From an uncultured bacterium (lineage in GTDB: Bacteria; Acidobacteriota; Thermoanaerobaculia; Multivoradales; JAHZIX01): a stretch of 64,000 nt of DNA. The position numbers and the translations under genes are program-made. The DNA is taken from contig CBDUPA010000014.1 in the NCBI GenBank assembly GCA_965368975.1, positions 32,001 to 96,000 on the forward strand, in the 5' to 3' direction. The notes under the pieces are model-generated. The model had not been told where the DNA came from and searched no databases. It saw nothing but the letters and a program-made list of their open reading frames with translations. Below are positions 49,099-58,905 of this stretch, in pieces (the stretch's first letter is position 1; each line of letters begins with the position of its first letter).

Positions 49099-50877
49099 TC
49101 AGACGGCGTGGTCGGCGCTGTCGGCGGCTCCCTGGCGCAGGCGCTGCAGGTAGTTGCCCAGCATGACGATCTTGCGCGCCGTCAGGTCGGCCTTCGGATC
49201 TGTATCACGCAGCAGGTCTGCCGCCCGTAGCGGCTTGCCGCCGGTACGGGCGAGCGCGCCCAGCCCCGCCAGGGCCACTGGATTCATCGGCTCGCGCGCC
49301 AGTACTTCACTAAAGATTCTACGCGCCTCGGCGTGGTGACCCTGTTGCAGGTAGAGCTGGCCCAGCGTCGCGGTAGCTGGCGGCGGGGTCGCTTCAGCTT
49401 CCGCCGATGGCGCCTCTTCGACGACAGTTACCGCTTCCTCCTGCACCGCGGGAACCACCGGCTCAGGCGGTGCTGCACGGAGCACCTGTGCCATCGGGTG
49501 ATCAACGGCAGGTGCTTCTGCCGTCGGCTGGTCGACAGCTTCGAGCACGGGCGCGGCGGCGGTGTCTTCTTCGGAGACCTCTTCCCTGGGGATGTCTTCC
49601 TGGGTGGATGCTACCGCCTTGTCGGGAGCTTCCGCGATGGGGGCTGACGCGATGGGGGCTGACGCGATGGGGGCCTCCGCGATGGGAGCTTCCGCGACGA
49701 GCAACTCCTCCCCGGTTTCCGCAAGCTCCGGAGCTTCTTCTTCCGCCGGAACTGCTTCAGACTCCAGTTCGGTGAACAGCCCTTCGGAGGCCAAACCCTG
49801 GGCGAAGACGTCTTCGTCCTCTTCCTCACCGGCGAAAAGGTCCCCGAAAAGATCCTCTTCCTCCTCAGCCGCGGCCAGCGCTTCCGCACCGCCGAGATCG
49901 GGGAACAAGTCGTCTTCCGCACCATCCCCCGCAGGAAACTCGTCCTCGGCAGGAGCCCCGGTCAAAGCCTGCTCCGACTCCGTCGGTTCTGCGTCGAACG
50001 CAAAGAGATCACCTTCCTCGGCGACTTCTGGCTCGGGAGCAACTTCTTCTGGCTCGATGGCGACTTCTGGCTCGATGGCGACTTCTGCCTCGACGGCCGG
50101 CTCCGCCTCAGCCACCACTTCGGGCTCAACCATCTCTGCCATCGCTGTCACCTCGTCGACACTCGCGTCCAGGATGGGTGGATCGGTCGGCACAGGGGAC
50201 TCCACTGCGGCGGCGGCATGGGCGTCGGCGAGCATCGCCGGGGTTAGCATGACGGTATCCGTCGCACTGGGTAGCGGTGCCGCTTCCGGTACCGGGGCCT
50301 GCTCCGCGGAAGCCGTCTCGCGACTTGCGGACACTGCAGGCGCCGGCTGCTCGGCTGGGGATGGCGGCTCGGCTGGGGACGGCTTGCGAACCCCCGATTC
50401 AGCGACCAACGCTTCCAGACGCAAGGTGGCATCGACCTCTGCGGAGGTTGACGGACCGGCGAGCCGTTTCTCGACGTCGCGAATGCTCTGCCTCAGCTCT
50501 TCGATGACCGGGTCACCATCGTTCAACAGTCGATAATGGTCCAGGCGCTCCTTGGCAGCCTTGACGTTGCTGCCGTCCAGATGGGCACGGATCAGAAGCT
50601 TGTTGGCCACCAGGTGCGTGGGATCCCGCTTCAGTACCCGCTCCAGCACCTCGACCGCCGCTTCCGGCTTATGGAGATCCAGGTAGCAGCGTCCCAACGC
50701 GACTTGCCCCGAGAGATAGTCCGGCACGCGGCTCAGTCCCTGGCGCAAGACCTCCAGCGCCTGCTTCGGATGGCCGGAACGGCGGTACGCCTCGGCCAAC
50801 TGCACGAAGACGCGCGAATTGGGTTCGGCTTCCCAGCGGGCACGCAGGGCGGTGATCTGATCTTGGAGGTCGGCCAT
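49099..50877 (-). CDS. TPR protein with long acidic linker
   Basis: N-terminal PNSRVFVQLAEAYR TPRs and C-terminal TATLGQLYLQQGH TPR. Confidence 0.85.
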   Translation of the reverse strand: MADLQDQITALRARWEAEPNSRVFVQLAEAYRRSGHPKQALEVLRQGLSRVPDYLSGQVALGRCYLDLHKPEAAVEVLERVLKRDPTHLVANKLLIRAHLDGSNVKAAKERLDHYRLLNDGDPVIEELRQSIRDVEKRLAGPSTSAEVDATLRLEALVAESGVRKPSPAEPPSPAEQPAPAVSASRETASAEQAPVPEAAPLPSATDTVMLTPAMLADAHAAAAVESPVPTDPPILDASVDEVTAMAEMVEPEVVAEAEPAVEAEVAIEPEVAIEPEEVAPEPEVAEEGDLFAFDAEPTESEQALTGAPAEDEFPAGDGAEDDLFPDLGGAEALAAAEEEEDLFGDLFAGEEEDEDVFAQGLASEGLFTELESEAVPAEEEAPELAETGEELLVAEAPIAEAPIASAPIASAPIAEAPDKAVASTQEDIPREEVSEEDTAAAPVLEAVDQPTAEAPAVDHPMAQVLRAAPPEPVVPAVQEEAVTVVEEAPSAEAEATPPPATATLGQLYLQQGHHAEARRIFSEVLAREPMNPVALAGLGALARTGGKPLRAADLLRDTDPKADLTARKIVMLGNYLQRLRQGAADSADHAV

Positions 50878-51001
50878 TTCGGGCTATGCCATCTTCTAGT
50901 TACTTCGCTGTTGGAGTCGCTCCCCAGAGCGATCTTCAGAGTATAGCAGCAAGCTCTCGCCCACACCCACTCGGGCTCGAAAGGCACCCCGCCGGACACC
51001 T

Positions 51002-51026
51002 AAAAAAGGCGGCCCCTGGGCCGCCC
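51002..51026 (-). terminator. Rho-independent terminator ending the pil-lipoprotein run
   Basis: Minus strand GGCGGCC-CAGG-GGCCGCC-TTTTTT. Confidence 0.8.
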
Positions 51027-51053
51027 TCTCACCACGCAGCGGAGAGTCCGCCG

Positions 51054-52055
51054 CTACTGAACCGTAATCACGATTGTGTCTTCCTTGCCACCACCAGCAG
51101 TAGCAACGCTGGCTCTCACCGTGAAGCTGGTGCCGGAGACCAGTTCCGCGGCGGTAAGGGTCAGGGTCTTGGTTGCAATGCCGTTGGTGTTCGTCAGTGC
51201 AACCGAACCACCTTCGAGGGTTCCTTGACCCGCCTCGAACGAGACCGGGATACTGCCGAGACCCTGGCCTCTGGCGTTCGTGGCCACGACCTCCAAGGAG
51301 ATCGAGCCATCGGCGTCAGGAACGGAAGTTGTGTTCGAACTCAGAGCCAGTTGATCCACTTCATCCTGGATCTCGACCTCGGCTGTTGCCGGGTCGGACG
51401 AGCCCAGAATCGCGGTCACCGTCGCATTGCCTGCCAGGGAGCCCGCGGTCAGGGTGGAGATCGCCGTGCCGCCGCTGTCCGTCGAGGGGCGATCCGGGCT
51501 CAGCGATCCGAGGGTCGTCGTCAGGATCACCGTCTCTCCGGCGCCAAAGAGTGTGCCATCGGCACGCCGGGCGATCACCGTTATGGTGGCGCTCTCCTGT
51601 ACTTGAATGGTGCTCGGAGAGACGGACACCAGGAGCGCCGGCTTGCTGGCATCTCCCTCACCGATCTGCACCGTGATCTCGGCCGTCGAATCGCCGTTGC
51701 CCGTGGTCGCCATGACCACCGCCGGCCCCGTACGACCATCTCCACGCAGCGTCGCGCGGGCCGTACCAGTCGCATCCGTGGAGACGATCGCCGGAATCGA
51801 GCCGAGATCGGTCGACAGCCGGATCTCGGTGCCGCTGGCCAGCGGGTTTCCGTCACCCCGCCTTCCGACAATCGTGATCTCGGAAGTGCCGTTGAGCGTG
51901 ATCTGGGTCGGATTGGCGGTGATCGTCAGGATCGTGCCAATGGGTGCGACCGGATTGCCTTCACTACAGGCCAGACTACCGAGAAGGCCGGCAGTGGTCA
52001 GCAGGGCGAGGCAGGAGTACTGGAGGATGCGACGGGGTGTGAGATCAACTTTCAT
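51054..52055 (-). CDS. Ig-like (Big_1/invasin-type) repeat lipoprotein
   Basis: Lipobox SLA-C and three Thr-rich beta repeats (TDATGTARATL, TDSGGTAISTL, TNTNGIATKTL). Confidence 0.8.
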   Translation of the reverse strand: MKVDLTPRRILQYSCLALLTTAGLLGSLACSEGNPVAPIGTILTITANPTQITLNGTSEITIVGRRGDGNPLASGTEIRLSTDLGSIPAIVSTDATGTARATLRGDGRTGPAVVMATTGNGDSTAEITVQIGEGDASKPALLVSVSPSTIQVQESATITVIARRADGTLFGAGETVILTTTLGSLSPDRPSTDSGGTAISTLTAGSLAGNATVTAILGSSDPATAEVEIQDEVDQLALSSNTTSVPDADGSISLEVVATNARGQGLGSIPVSFEAGQGTLEGGSVALTNTNGIATKTLTLTAAELVSGTSFTVRASVATAGGGKEDTIVITVQ

Positions 52056-52175
52056 AGCACCGCAGTATACGGAGCGAGGCGGCCCTCCGTCTAGAAAGCC
52101 GCCTCGTCGTTTTCGATCATCTCCGGGCACGGGCAGGTAGCCGAAGGGCAGCTACCCGTGCACGGAGCTTCAGGT

Positions 52176-54410
52176 TCACGGAATCGTGACGCTCTTCACG
52201 ATCTCGTCCGAACCGCCGGGGCCCAGCACTCGTAGGCGCGTGGCGTAGGTGCCCGGGCCCGGGAAGACGAACTGCGGGTTCTCGGAAGCAGAGTCGATCG
52301 TACCGTCGTTGGTGAAGTCCCAAGCGTAGGTGATCACGTCCGCGCTGGAGGTGTTCGTGAACTGCACCGTCGAGCCACCGACGATGAAGAACTCGAAGCC
52401 GGCAGTGGGCGGCGGATCGACCGGCGGCGGCGCCGGCGGATCGATGGTCACGGTGTTGATCACCGTATCCGTATTGCCGTCGACATCCGTCACCACCAAG
52501 CGCACGGCATAGGTGCCATCCGTCGGATAGGTGAATTGCGGGTTCGTCGCAGTGGAGTCGATCGAACCGTTGTTCGTGAAGTCCCATTCGAAGGTCAGCG
52601 GCGGGTTGCCGGTGCTCTCGTTGACGAACTGAATCGTGTTGCCATTGAGCTGCTCCGAGCTGAAGGCGGCCGCCAGCGGGATCTCGCTCTCGTTACATGT
52701 CGTGTCGACCGGCTCGTAGATGAAGCCGTTCTGGAACGTATCGGTACACGTCGTCGCCAGACTCTCGACCGTCACCGAAACGGGAGTCGCGATCGGACGC
52801 GTTCCCTCGGTGCCGTCACCGTTGTCGTCGCACGGTTCGGTCTCGGGATCACCCGGCAGCGGCGGCACGATAACGCTGATCTCAGTGTCGGAGACACTCT
52901 GGATCTGCGCCGAGACCTCTTCACCGCCATTGCTGAACACGACCCGGCTCGGCGACTCGAACTGAGTACCGTTGATGGTCGCAGCAGTCCCACCGGAGAA
53001 CGGTGCCGTGTTGGGCGTAATGCCCGCCACGAAGGGCTCGAAGACCCGGAAGACAAACAGGGTACCACCGGAGTTTCCATTGTCGCCCGTCTCGATGTTG
53101 GTCAGCGAAACTGGACCGGTGATGTCGGCACACGTCGTGGGCACCACGACCTCGGTACGAACAACGACCTCGGAACCCGTGACCGACAAGATCGGCATGG
53201 CGAAGCCAGCCAGGCTGACCGCCACCGGCTCGTCGAAGCCAGCACCGAAGATGGTCACCAGCGTGCCTGGAACGTTGTACTCGGCCTGCCCCGGGGCGAA
53301 GGACGAAATCGTCACACCACCCAGGAAGCCGTAGCGGAAGGCCGACGGCACGACGGTGGCGAAACCGGAGTTCTTGTTGCGCACCAGGATGCTGACCGTC
53401 GAGTTGCGCAGATCGAGACCGATGCCCTGGGCAGCCGGGCTGACTACCGTCAACTCGTTGCGCGAGGAACTCTCGACCACAGCTTCGAGGCCCGTGAAGG
53501 CGGCGACCGAACCAGTACCGAACAGCACCTGGATCGGCTGCTCGAAGCCGTCACCGAGGATACGAATCCTCGTGCCGCCCTCGTTCGGTCCGTTGGCTGG
53601 CGACAGCGAGGTGATCGCCGGCTGCAGGATCGAGCCCCCCAGCGAGTAGAGGAACGCGCCCTCGAGCGTTTGGATGGTCTCGTCTGTGGTGCCAACCTTG
53701 TTGGTGACCCGCACATCGACGGTCAGCGTCTCGTTGACATTCACCGACACCGGTGCCGGCGGCGTGGTCACGACGATGGTCTCCGGGCTGATCGACTGCA
53801 CGGAGGCGTTGTTGACGAACAACGTCTCGGAGCCACCACCCACAGCTGCCTGCACCAAGAACTCGACCTTGACCGGAGAGACGAAGCCCTGACCGTTGAT
53901 GCTGACCGTCTCGCCACCACCGGGGATACCCGTACCAGGACTGACGCTACCGGCAAAGAAGGTCGAGGAGCCGACGATCGGGATCTGGATCTGCGCGAAG
54001 CTATCCTGGATGCTCGCCTGCACGGTGGCGACACCGGGCACGTCGCCCGGCAGCAGACTCACCTGCGTGACACCGCGGTTGAGCACCGCATTGACCGCTT
54101 GCGTGCCGTCGACAAACGTGCCGAGGGTGGTCACGATCTGGATCACAGCACCGTCTGGCGGCAGCTGGTTGTTGTCGGTGCGCCGTACGCTGACCGAGAC
54201 CAAGGTTTGTTCGTCGCTACCGACCGTCAACTCCGAGGAGCTGACCGTGACGGTCACGGCAAAGGTGGCGTTGGTGCTCGAGCCCGGCGCCGATGGCTGC
54301 TGTTGCGGCCGGGTCGGCGAGTCGTCGCTGGAGCAACCGACGAGGAGGAAGCCGGCAGTGGCGCAAAGCACCAAAAGCCGGCGGGCGGACTGGGCGATCA
54401 CGGAAGACAT
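52176..54410 (-). CDS. Lipoprotein with IPT/TIG and PKD domains
   Basis: Lipobox LVG-C, SPANGPNEGGTRIRILG IPT repeats, two WDF-containing PKD domains. Confidence 0.85.
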   Translation of the reverse strand: MSSVIAQSARRLLVLCATAGFLLVGCSSDDSPTRPQQQPSAPGSSTNATFAVTVTVSSSELTVGSDEQTLVSVSVRRTDNNQLPPDGAVIQIVTTLGTFVDGTQAVNAVLNRGVTQVSLLPGDVPGVATVQASIQDSFAQIQIPIVGSSTFFAGSVSPGTGIPGGGETVSINGQGFVSPVKVEFLVQAAVGGGSETLFVNNASVQSISPETIVVTTPPAPVSVNVNETLTVDVRVTNKVGTTDETIQTLEGAFLYSLGGSILQPAITSLSPANGPNEGGTRIRILGDGFEQPIQVLFGTGSVAAFTGLEAVVESSSRNELTVVSPAAQGIGLDLRNSTVSILVRNKNSGFATVVPSAFRYGFLGGVTISSFAPGQAEYNVPGTLVTIFGAGFDEPVAVSLAGFAMPILSVTGSEVVVRTEVVVPTTCADITGPVSLTNIETGDNGNSGGTLFVFRVFEPFVAGITPNTAPFSGGTAATINGTQFESPSRVVFSNGGEEVSAQIQSVSDTEISVIVPPLPGDPETEPCDDNGDGTEGTRPIATPVSVTVESLATTCTDTFQNGFIYEPVDTTCNESEIPLAAAFSSEQLNGNTIQFVNESTGNPPLTFEWDFTNNGSIDSTATNPQFTYPTDGTYAVRLVVTDVDGNTDTVINTVTIDPPAPPPVDPPPTAGFEFFIVGGSTVQFTNTSSADVITYAWDFTNDGTIDSASENPQFVFPGPGTYATRLRVLGPGGSDEIVKSVTIP

Positions 54411-54432
54411 ATCTTGGGCCCCCTTCCCTGGA

Positions 54433-54990
54433 TCAGGGCACGAACTCGACGGTGAAGGCGATGGGCTCGGTAGCCAGGTTGGCACCGGACACGGTGCGCC
54501 CGAAGAACCGCATGCTCAAGTTGAGGGTAATGACCTGTTCGCCGGTCTCCTTGTCGAAGGCACCGTTCTCGAACAGCAGGTCCGAAATCGGTGGGTTGTC
54601 GAACTGCTCGACTCCCATCAGGCGCAGATTCTCGAAGGTGATGGTTCCCTCGGGCGGAATGTAGCCGAACTGAGGCTCCACCAGAATGGGGGGCAGGCGG
54701 GAACCGCCATCGGCACGCGAGTAGCTGACTTCGTAGGTGTCGAGCTCGACACCCTGCAATTCGCTGGTGACCGCGTTCGGGTCTTTGGCGAAGCTGGAGA
54801 TCTGGATCTCACCGACTTGCAGAATCTGGCCCGCAAGGTTGACCGACGCGCGTAGCGGCAGGCCGTTGAAGTCGGAAACGACCAGGAAGACGTCGCCGTC
54901 GGAGTCTTCGATGCGATCGCTGCTGCAACCGGCGGTCACGAGCAGGACCGCTAGCAGCGCGATGATGGAGGTCATTGAGTGGCTTCGCAT
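54433..54990 (-). CDS. Hypothetical lipoprotein downstream of pilQ
   Basis: Lipobox TAG-C, beta-rich, GAGG RBS. Confidence 0.75.
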   Translation of the reverse strand: MRSHSMTSIIALLAVLLVTAGCSSDRIEDSDGDVFLVVSDFNGLPLRASVNLAGQILQVGEIQISSFAKDPNAVTSELQGVELDTYEVSYSRADGGSRLPPILVEPQFGYIPPEGTITFENLRLMGVEQFDNPPISDLLFENGAFDKETGEQVITLNLSMRFFGRTVSGANLATEPIAFTVEFVP

Positions 54991-55010
54991 GGTTCCTCGG
55001 CTCCTTCTAC

Positions 55011-58000
55011 TCACAGCTGGATCACCCGCGGAGTGATGAAGATTAGCAGCTCTTCGTTGTTGTTGCCGCGGCGGCGGTTCTTGAACAGGTGTCCGAGGAT
55101 CGGCACGTTGGCCAAGCCCGGGACCCGATCTTCACCGCGGTCGTTGGAGATCTCGTAGATACCACCGATCACGGTGGTGCCGCCGTCGCGCACGATGACG
55201 CGCGTGCGCGCCTCCTTCGTGGAGATCGGTGCGTTGGTCGCGCCCGGCAGCGCGAAAGCGGGCTGCGGTTCGCGCTTGGCGATCGAGATGTCCATGATCA
55301 CGGTACCGTCCGGCGTGATCTGAGGCGTCACCCCCAGTTCCAGAGTAGCGTTGACGAACTGAACCGTCACGGTGTTGTTGGCCACCGTCTGGATGGGGAT
55401 CTGCAAACCACTCTGAATGGTGGCCTGCTGGTTGTTCAAGGTGGCGATGCGTGGCGCCGATAGCACACTGGCGAGGCCCTCGCTCTCCGCCGCCTGCAGC
55501 GACAGATCGAGCTGGAAGGTGTTCAGCACGTTACCCAGGTTGATGTCGAGGAAGCCGTTGGCGCCACCCGTGAGCAGCTGTACGCCACCGTTGGCTGAAC
55601 CCTGGTGCGGGAACTGCAGGCCGGTAGTGTTGCCGAACTGCTCGTCCGAGATCGCGTCGAAGCTCCAGTTGACACCCAGGCTGCGGGTGAACTGCTTCGT
55701 CGTCTCGACGATGCGGGCTTCGATCAGCACCTGCGGCTCGGCGGTGTCGAGGTTGTCGATCACCGCCAGCACGGTATTCAGGTTGCCCGGCAGTTCCTTG
55801 ATGATCAGCTTGTTGGTGCGCTGATCGACAGTGACGCTGCCACGCGAGGACAGAATGCCGCGGCTGCGGCTGCCCTGCAGCAGGGTCGCGATCTCCTGCG
55901 CGTTGGCGTAGCTGATCGAGCGAATGACCGTCGCCAACGGAATCTCCTGCGCGCGGGCGGCCAGGAGCGCTCGACGTGCTCGCGCCTCCTCGGCCAGCGT
56001 GTCGGAGGTGGCAATCCGCATGATGTTGCCTTCGAGCACGTAGTCCAGACCGTTGATCTTCAAGATCAGGTCCAGCGCCTGGTCCCAGGGCACTTCACGC
56101 AACTCGACGGTCACCGAGCCCTGGACCCCCGGGTGGACGACCACATTGAGGCCGGTGAAGGTGGCGAACGAGCGCAGCACGTCCTTGATGTCCGAGTCCT
56201 TCAGGCTGAGACTGATCGGCGGGCCCTTGTACGACTGCCCCGCATCCCCGACCACTTCGGCCTGGATCTCGGTGGTCTCCGGCTCGCTCTCGACCTCGGT
56301 CTGGGCAAACTCGACTTCGGCGGCTTCGAACATGGCCACATCGCTGGTGGCACCGGCGGGTGGCAAGGACTCTCCGGCAGCACCGCTGGCGGTATCACCA
56401 GGCAGCGGCACCTGCAGCGGTGGCAGTTGGGGCTGCGGCGGCTCCTCGTAGACCGGTGCTGCGCTGGTTGCTTCCTCAATCACGGGTTCCTGGTACGCAG
56501 GTTCCTCGTACGCTGGCTCCTGGTAGACGGGTTCGGGCTCGACGGGCTGGACCGCCGCCGGCTCTTCGTAGAGCGGTTGCACCGGGGTTTCTACAGGCAG
56601 TTCCGTGGGCTCCGCAGTCTCCACACTGCTGTCGTCGGACAGCGGCTGCAAGCGTACCGAACGCGGCTCATCGAGCGCGGAAGCGGGCTCGTCCACAGCT
56701 GCTACGTCACCACTTTCCCCATAGGCGGGCTGGGCCGCTACAGGCTGGACCGCTACAGGCTCGGTCTCAGCAGGCTGGGCCGCAGGAGCATCGGCCGGCG
56801 GCAGTTCCGGCCAGGGCTCGGTAGCGCGCCAGTCGTCGGAGGTGTCTGCAACTTCGGTGGGCTGCGTCTCGGCAAGCTGCGTTGCAGCAGGCTCGGTTTC
56901 GGCAGGCTGGGTTTCGGCAGGAACCGCCTCGACAGGAGTACCGGTCGAGCCTGCAGCCTCGGCGACGACCGGAGTCGGCGCGGTGATCGGCTGCGGCACT
57001 GACGCGGACCTGGGGGCTTCACCGAAGTGCAGGAGAAGTCCGTCTTCCGTCGCCTCGATAGACGGTTCGAGCGGACGCTCGAGGTCGAAGACGACGCGCG
57101 ACACGGCCTCGGGGAACGGCTTGAACTGGGCCACGCGGACCTGCTTGACCCCATTGCGACCGATCGCCACGGAGGCGCGTGAGCTGGTGTTGACCACACC
57201 CTTGAGGTCAATCACGAAGCGTGCCGGATTCTCCAGCGCGAACGTGATGTACGCGAAGTTGCCGTCGCCGGTCACCCGAACGGTGCCGTTCTCGACACTG
57301 ACGCGGCGCAGCACGGTGGCGGGTCGACCGGCTGGCGGCGGACCAGGAACCGCGTGGGGCACGACATCAGGAGCACCGGGATCGACTCCGGAAGCATCCG
57401 CGATCGGCTCGACCTGCAGCTCGGAAACCACTGGCTCCATCGGTTCGTCACGCGCTCTGTCGTCGCGCGGGAGGGGTTCATAGGACACCTCGCCCGCGGC
57501 AGCGACGCTGCTCTCGGTGCCCGCCGAGCCGGGGATGCCGGTCGCGGACAGCGGCGTCAGCTGCAGCTCTAGACTGCCGGCCTCGGCAGCCAGGGTGTGT
57601 TCGGCTTCTTCGCGCGTCACGATGGTCAAGCGCGTGAGCGGACGGTCCGCACTGATCTCGGTTTCCAGACGCACCTCTGCGACCAGGCCAGCATCACTGC
57701 GTAGGCCCTCGACGCTGCCGATCGGCTCGCTGTTGGGCAGCTCGATGACCAGATTGCCGGAACTGTCGCGGTAGCTGGTCCAAACTAGTGGCCGGCTCGC
57801 CTCGACGTCCAGTGCCGTGGCAACACCGGCTGCGCGCAGTTCGAGACTCTCGATCTGACGCGGCGGCGCTACAGAACTGGTCGCCGAATCGGCGGATGCA
57901 GACTGAGCATTGGTCGTCGCCTGCGACCTCGAGGCCGAGGAACAACCAGACACGGCCAGACTCATCGTGAGCGATGCCACGGTGAGCCACACTGCCGCCC

Positions 58001-58037
58001 GGTGACTGGAGCGCGGATGTTTCAGCTCTGGTGCCAT
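55011..58037 (-). CDS. pilQ: Type IV pilus secretin PilQ with AMIN domains
   Basis: AMIN (PARFVIDL..RVVFDL), ISLSLKD..VPWDQAL, PQVLIEARIVE, VPILGHLFK..LLIFITPR. GGAGG RBS before ATG 58037. Confidence 0.95.
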   Translation of the reverse strand: MAPELKHPRSSHRAAVWLTVASLTMSLAVSGCSSASRSQATTNAQSASADSATSSVAPPRQIESLELRAAGVATALDVEASRPLVWTSYRDSSGNLVIELPNSEPIGSVEGLRSDAGLVAEVRLETEISADRPLTRLTIVTREEAEHTLAAEAGSLELQLTPLSATGIPGSAGTESSVAAAGEVSYEPLPRDDRARDEPMEPVVSELQVEPIADASGVDPGAPDVVPHAVPGPPPAGRPATVLRRVSVENGTVRVTGDGNFAYITFALENPARFVIDLKGVVNTSSRASVAIGRNGVKQVRVAQFKPFPEAVSRVVFDLERPLEPSIEATEDGLLLHFGEAPRSASVPQPITAPTPVVAEAAGSTGTPVEAVPAETQPAETEPAATQLAETQPTEVADTSDDWRATEPWPELPPADAPAAQPAETEPVAVQPVAAQPAYGESGDVAAVDEPASALDEPRSVRLQPLSDDSSVETAEPTELPVETPVQPLYEEPAAVQPVEPEPVYQEPAYEEPAYQEPVIEEATSAAPVYEEPPQPQLPPLQVPLPGDTASGAAGESLPPAGATSDVAMFEAAEVEFAQTEVESEPETTEIQAEVVGDAGQSYKGPPISLSLKDSDIKDVLRSFATFTGLNVVVHPGVQGSVTVELREVPWDQALDLILKINGLDYVLEGNIMRIATSDTLAEEARARRALLAARAQEIPLATVIRSISYANAQEIATLLQGSRSRGILSSRGSVTVDQRTNKLIIKELPGNLNTVLAVIDNLDTAEPQVLIEARIVETTKQFTRSLGVNWSFDAISDEQFGNTTGLQFPHQGSANGGVQLLTGGANGFLDINLGNVLNTFQLDLSLQAAESEGLASVLSAPRIATLNNQQATIQSGLQIPIQTVANNTVTVQFVNATLELGVTPQITPDGTVIMDISIAKREPQPAFALPGATNAPISTKEARTRVIVRDGGTTVIGGIYEISNDRGEDRVPGLANVPILGHLFKNRRRGNNNEELLIFITPRVIQL

Positions 58038-58132
58038 AAGGGCTCGCCTCCCGTTTCCTATCTTCACTCTCACACCAAGAGGGTTACTAGGCACACCAAG
58101 GGTAGTACTAGCACCGCTCGGTCCATTGCAGC

Positions 58133-58861
58133 TCATTGCGGCTCCGTTTCGATCGGTTTGGTGACTTCCCGGAACGGCTTGATCGCCTCGGGGTCGTTGA
58201 TGATCTGGCGGAACACGACGTGATCCGACCCGATGCTGATGACGTCGCCATCGAACAGCTGGTCGCCCGCCTGCAGGAGATAACTCTTGTCCTTGGACCC
58301 ACCACGCACCTGCGCGAAGTCGCCCAAGTGAGTATTGAAGATGCCGGTGATGAAGATCTCGTCGATCAGCAGGCCTGGCTTGCCTTCGGGGCGGGGTCCG
58401 GCCTGCTGCTGTACTTCGCGACGCCGCACCAGCGATCGGAAGGGATCGCGACGCGTGCCCCCGTCGTAGCGATCACCACCACCTGCGCGCAACTCGACGT
58501 CCGAGTCGAGAATCTCCTCGACGTCGCTCAGGTCGTTGAGTGGATCGGCACCAACCTGGCGCAGCAGATCGTCGGATCCGGCCTCGGCATCCGCCGCTGC
58601 CGGCACCGGCGGCAGATCGTCCGCCCCAGCAGCGTCGGCCGCCTCCCCTTCGTCGACCGCAGCAGCTTCACTGGTCGACGACTCAGCTGGCGGCGACTCG
58701 TCCTGCGCCAGGGCGGGCACCACGGCCACGCCGCACAGCAACATCAGCCATCCGGCAGCCGCCAGGACGCTCACGCCCAAGGCACTAGCACGCCGTGCGC
58801 CCTGCTGAGCCAAAAGCCCCACGGGGGCCTGATGAGACTCTGTTTGTTTGTGCTCCGTCAT
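58133..58861 (-). CDS. pilP: PilP-like type IV pilus assembly protein
   Basis: RRDPFRS, ITGI, GDQLFDGDV, located between pilO and pilQ. Confidence 0.8.
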   Translation of the reverse strand: MTEHKQTESHQAPVGLLAQQGARRASALGVSVLAAAGWLMLLCGVAVVPALAQDESPPAESSTSEAAAVDEGEAADAAGADDLPPVPAAADAEAGSDDLLRQVGADPLNDLSDVEEILDSDVELRAGGGDRYDGGTRRDPFRSLVRRREVQQQAGPRPEGKPGLLIDEIFITGIFNTHLGDFAQVRGGSKDKSYLLQAGDQLFDGDVISIGSDHVVFRQIINDPEAIKPFREVTKPIETEPQ

Positions 58862-58905
58862 GATCCTGCTCCACTCCCGAGTTGACGCCACTATGGCTAC
58901 ACCGA

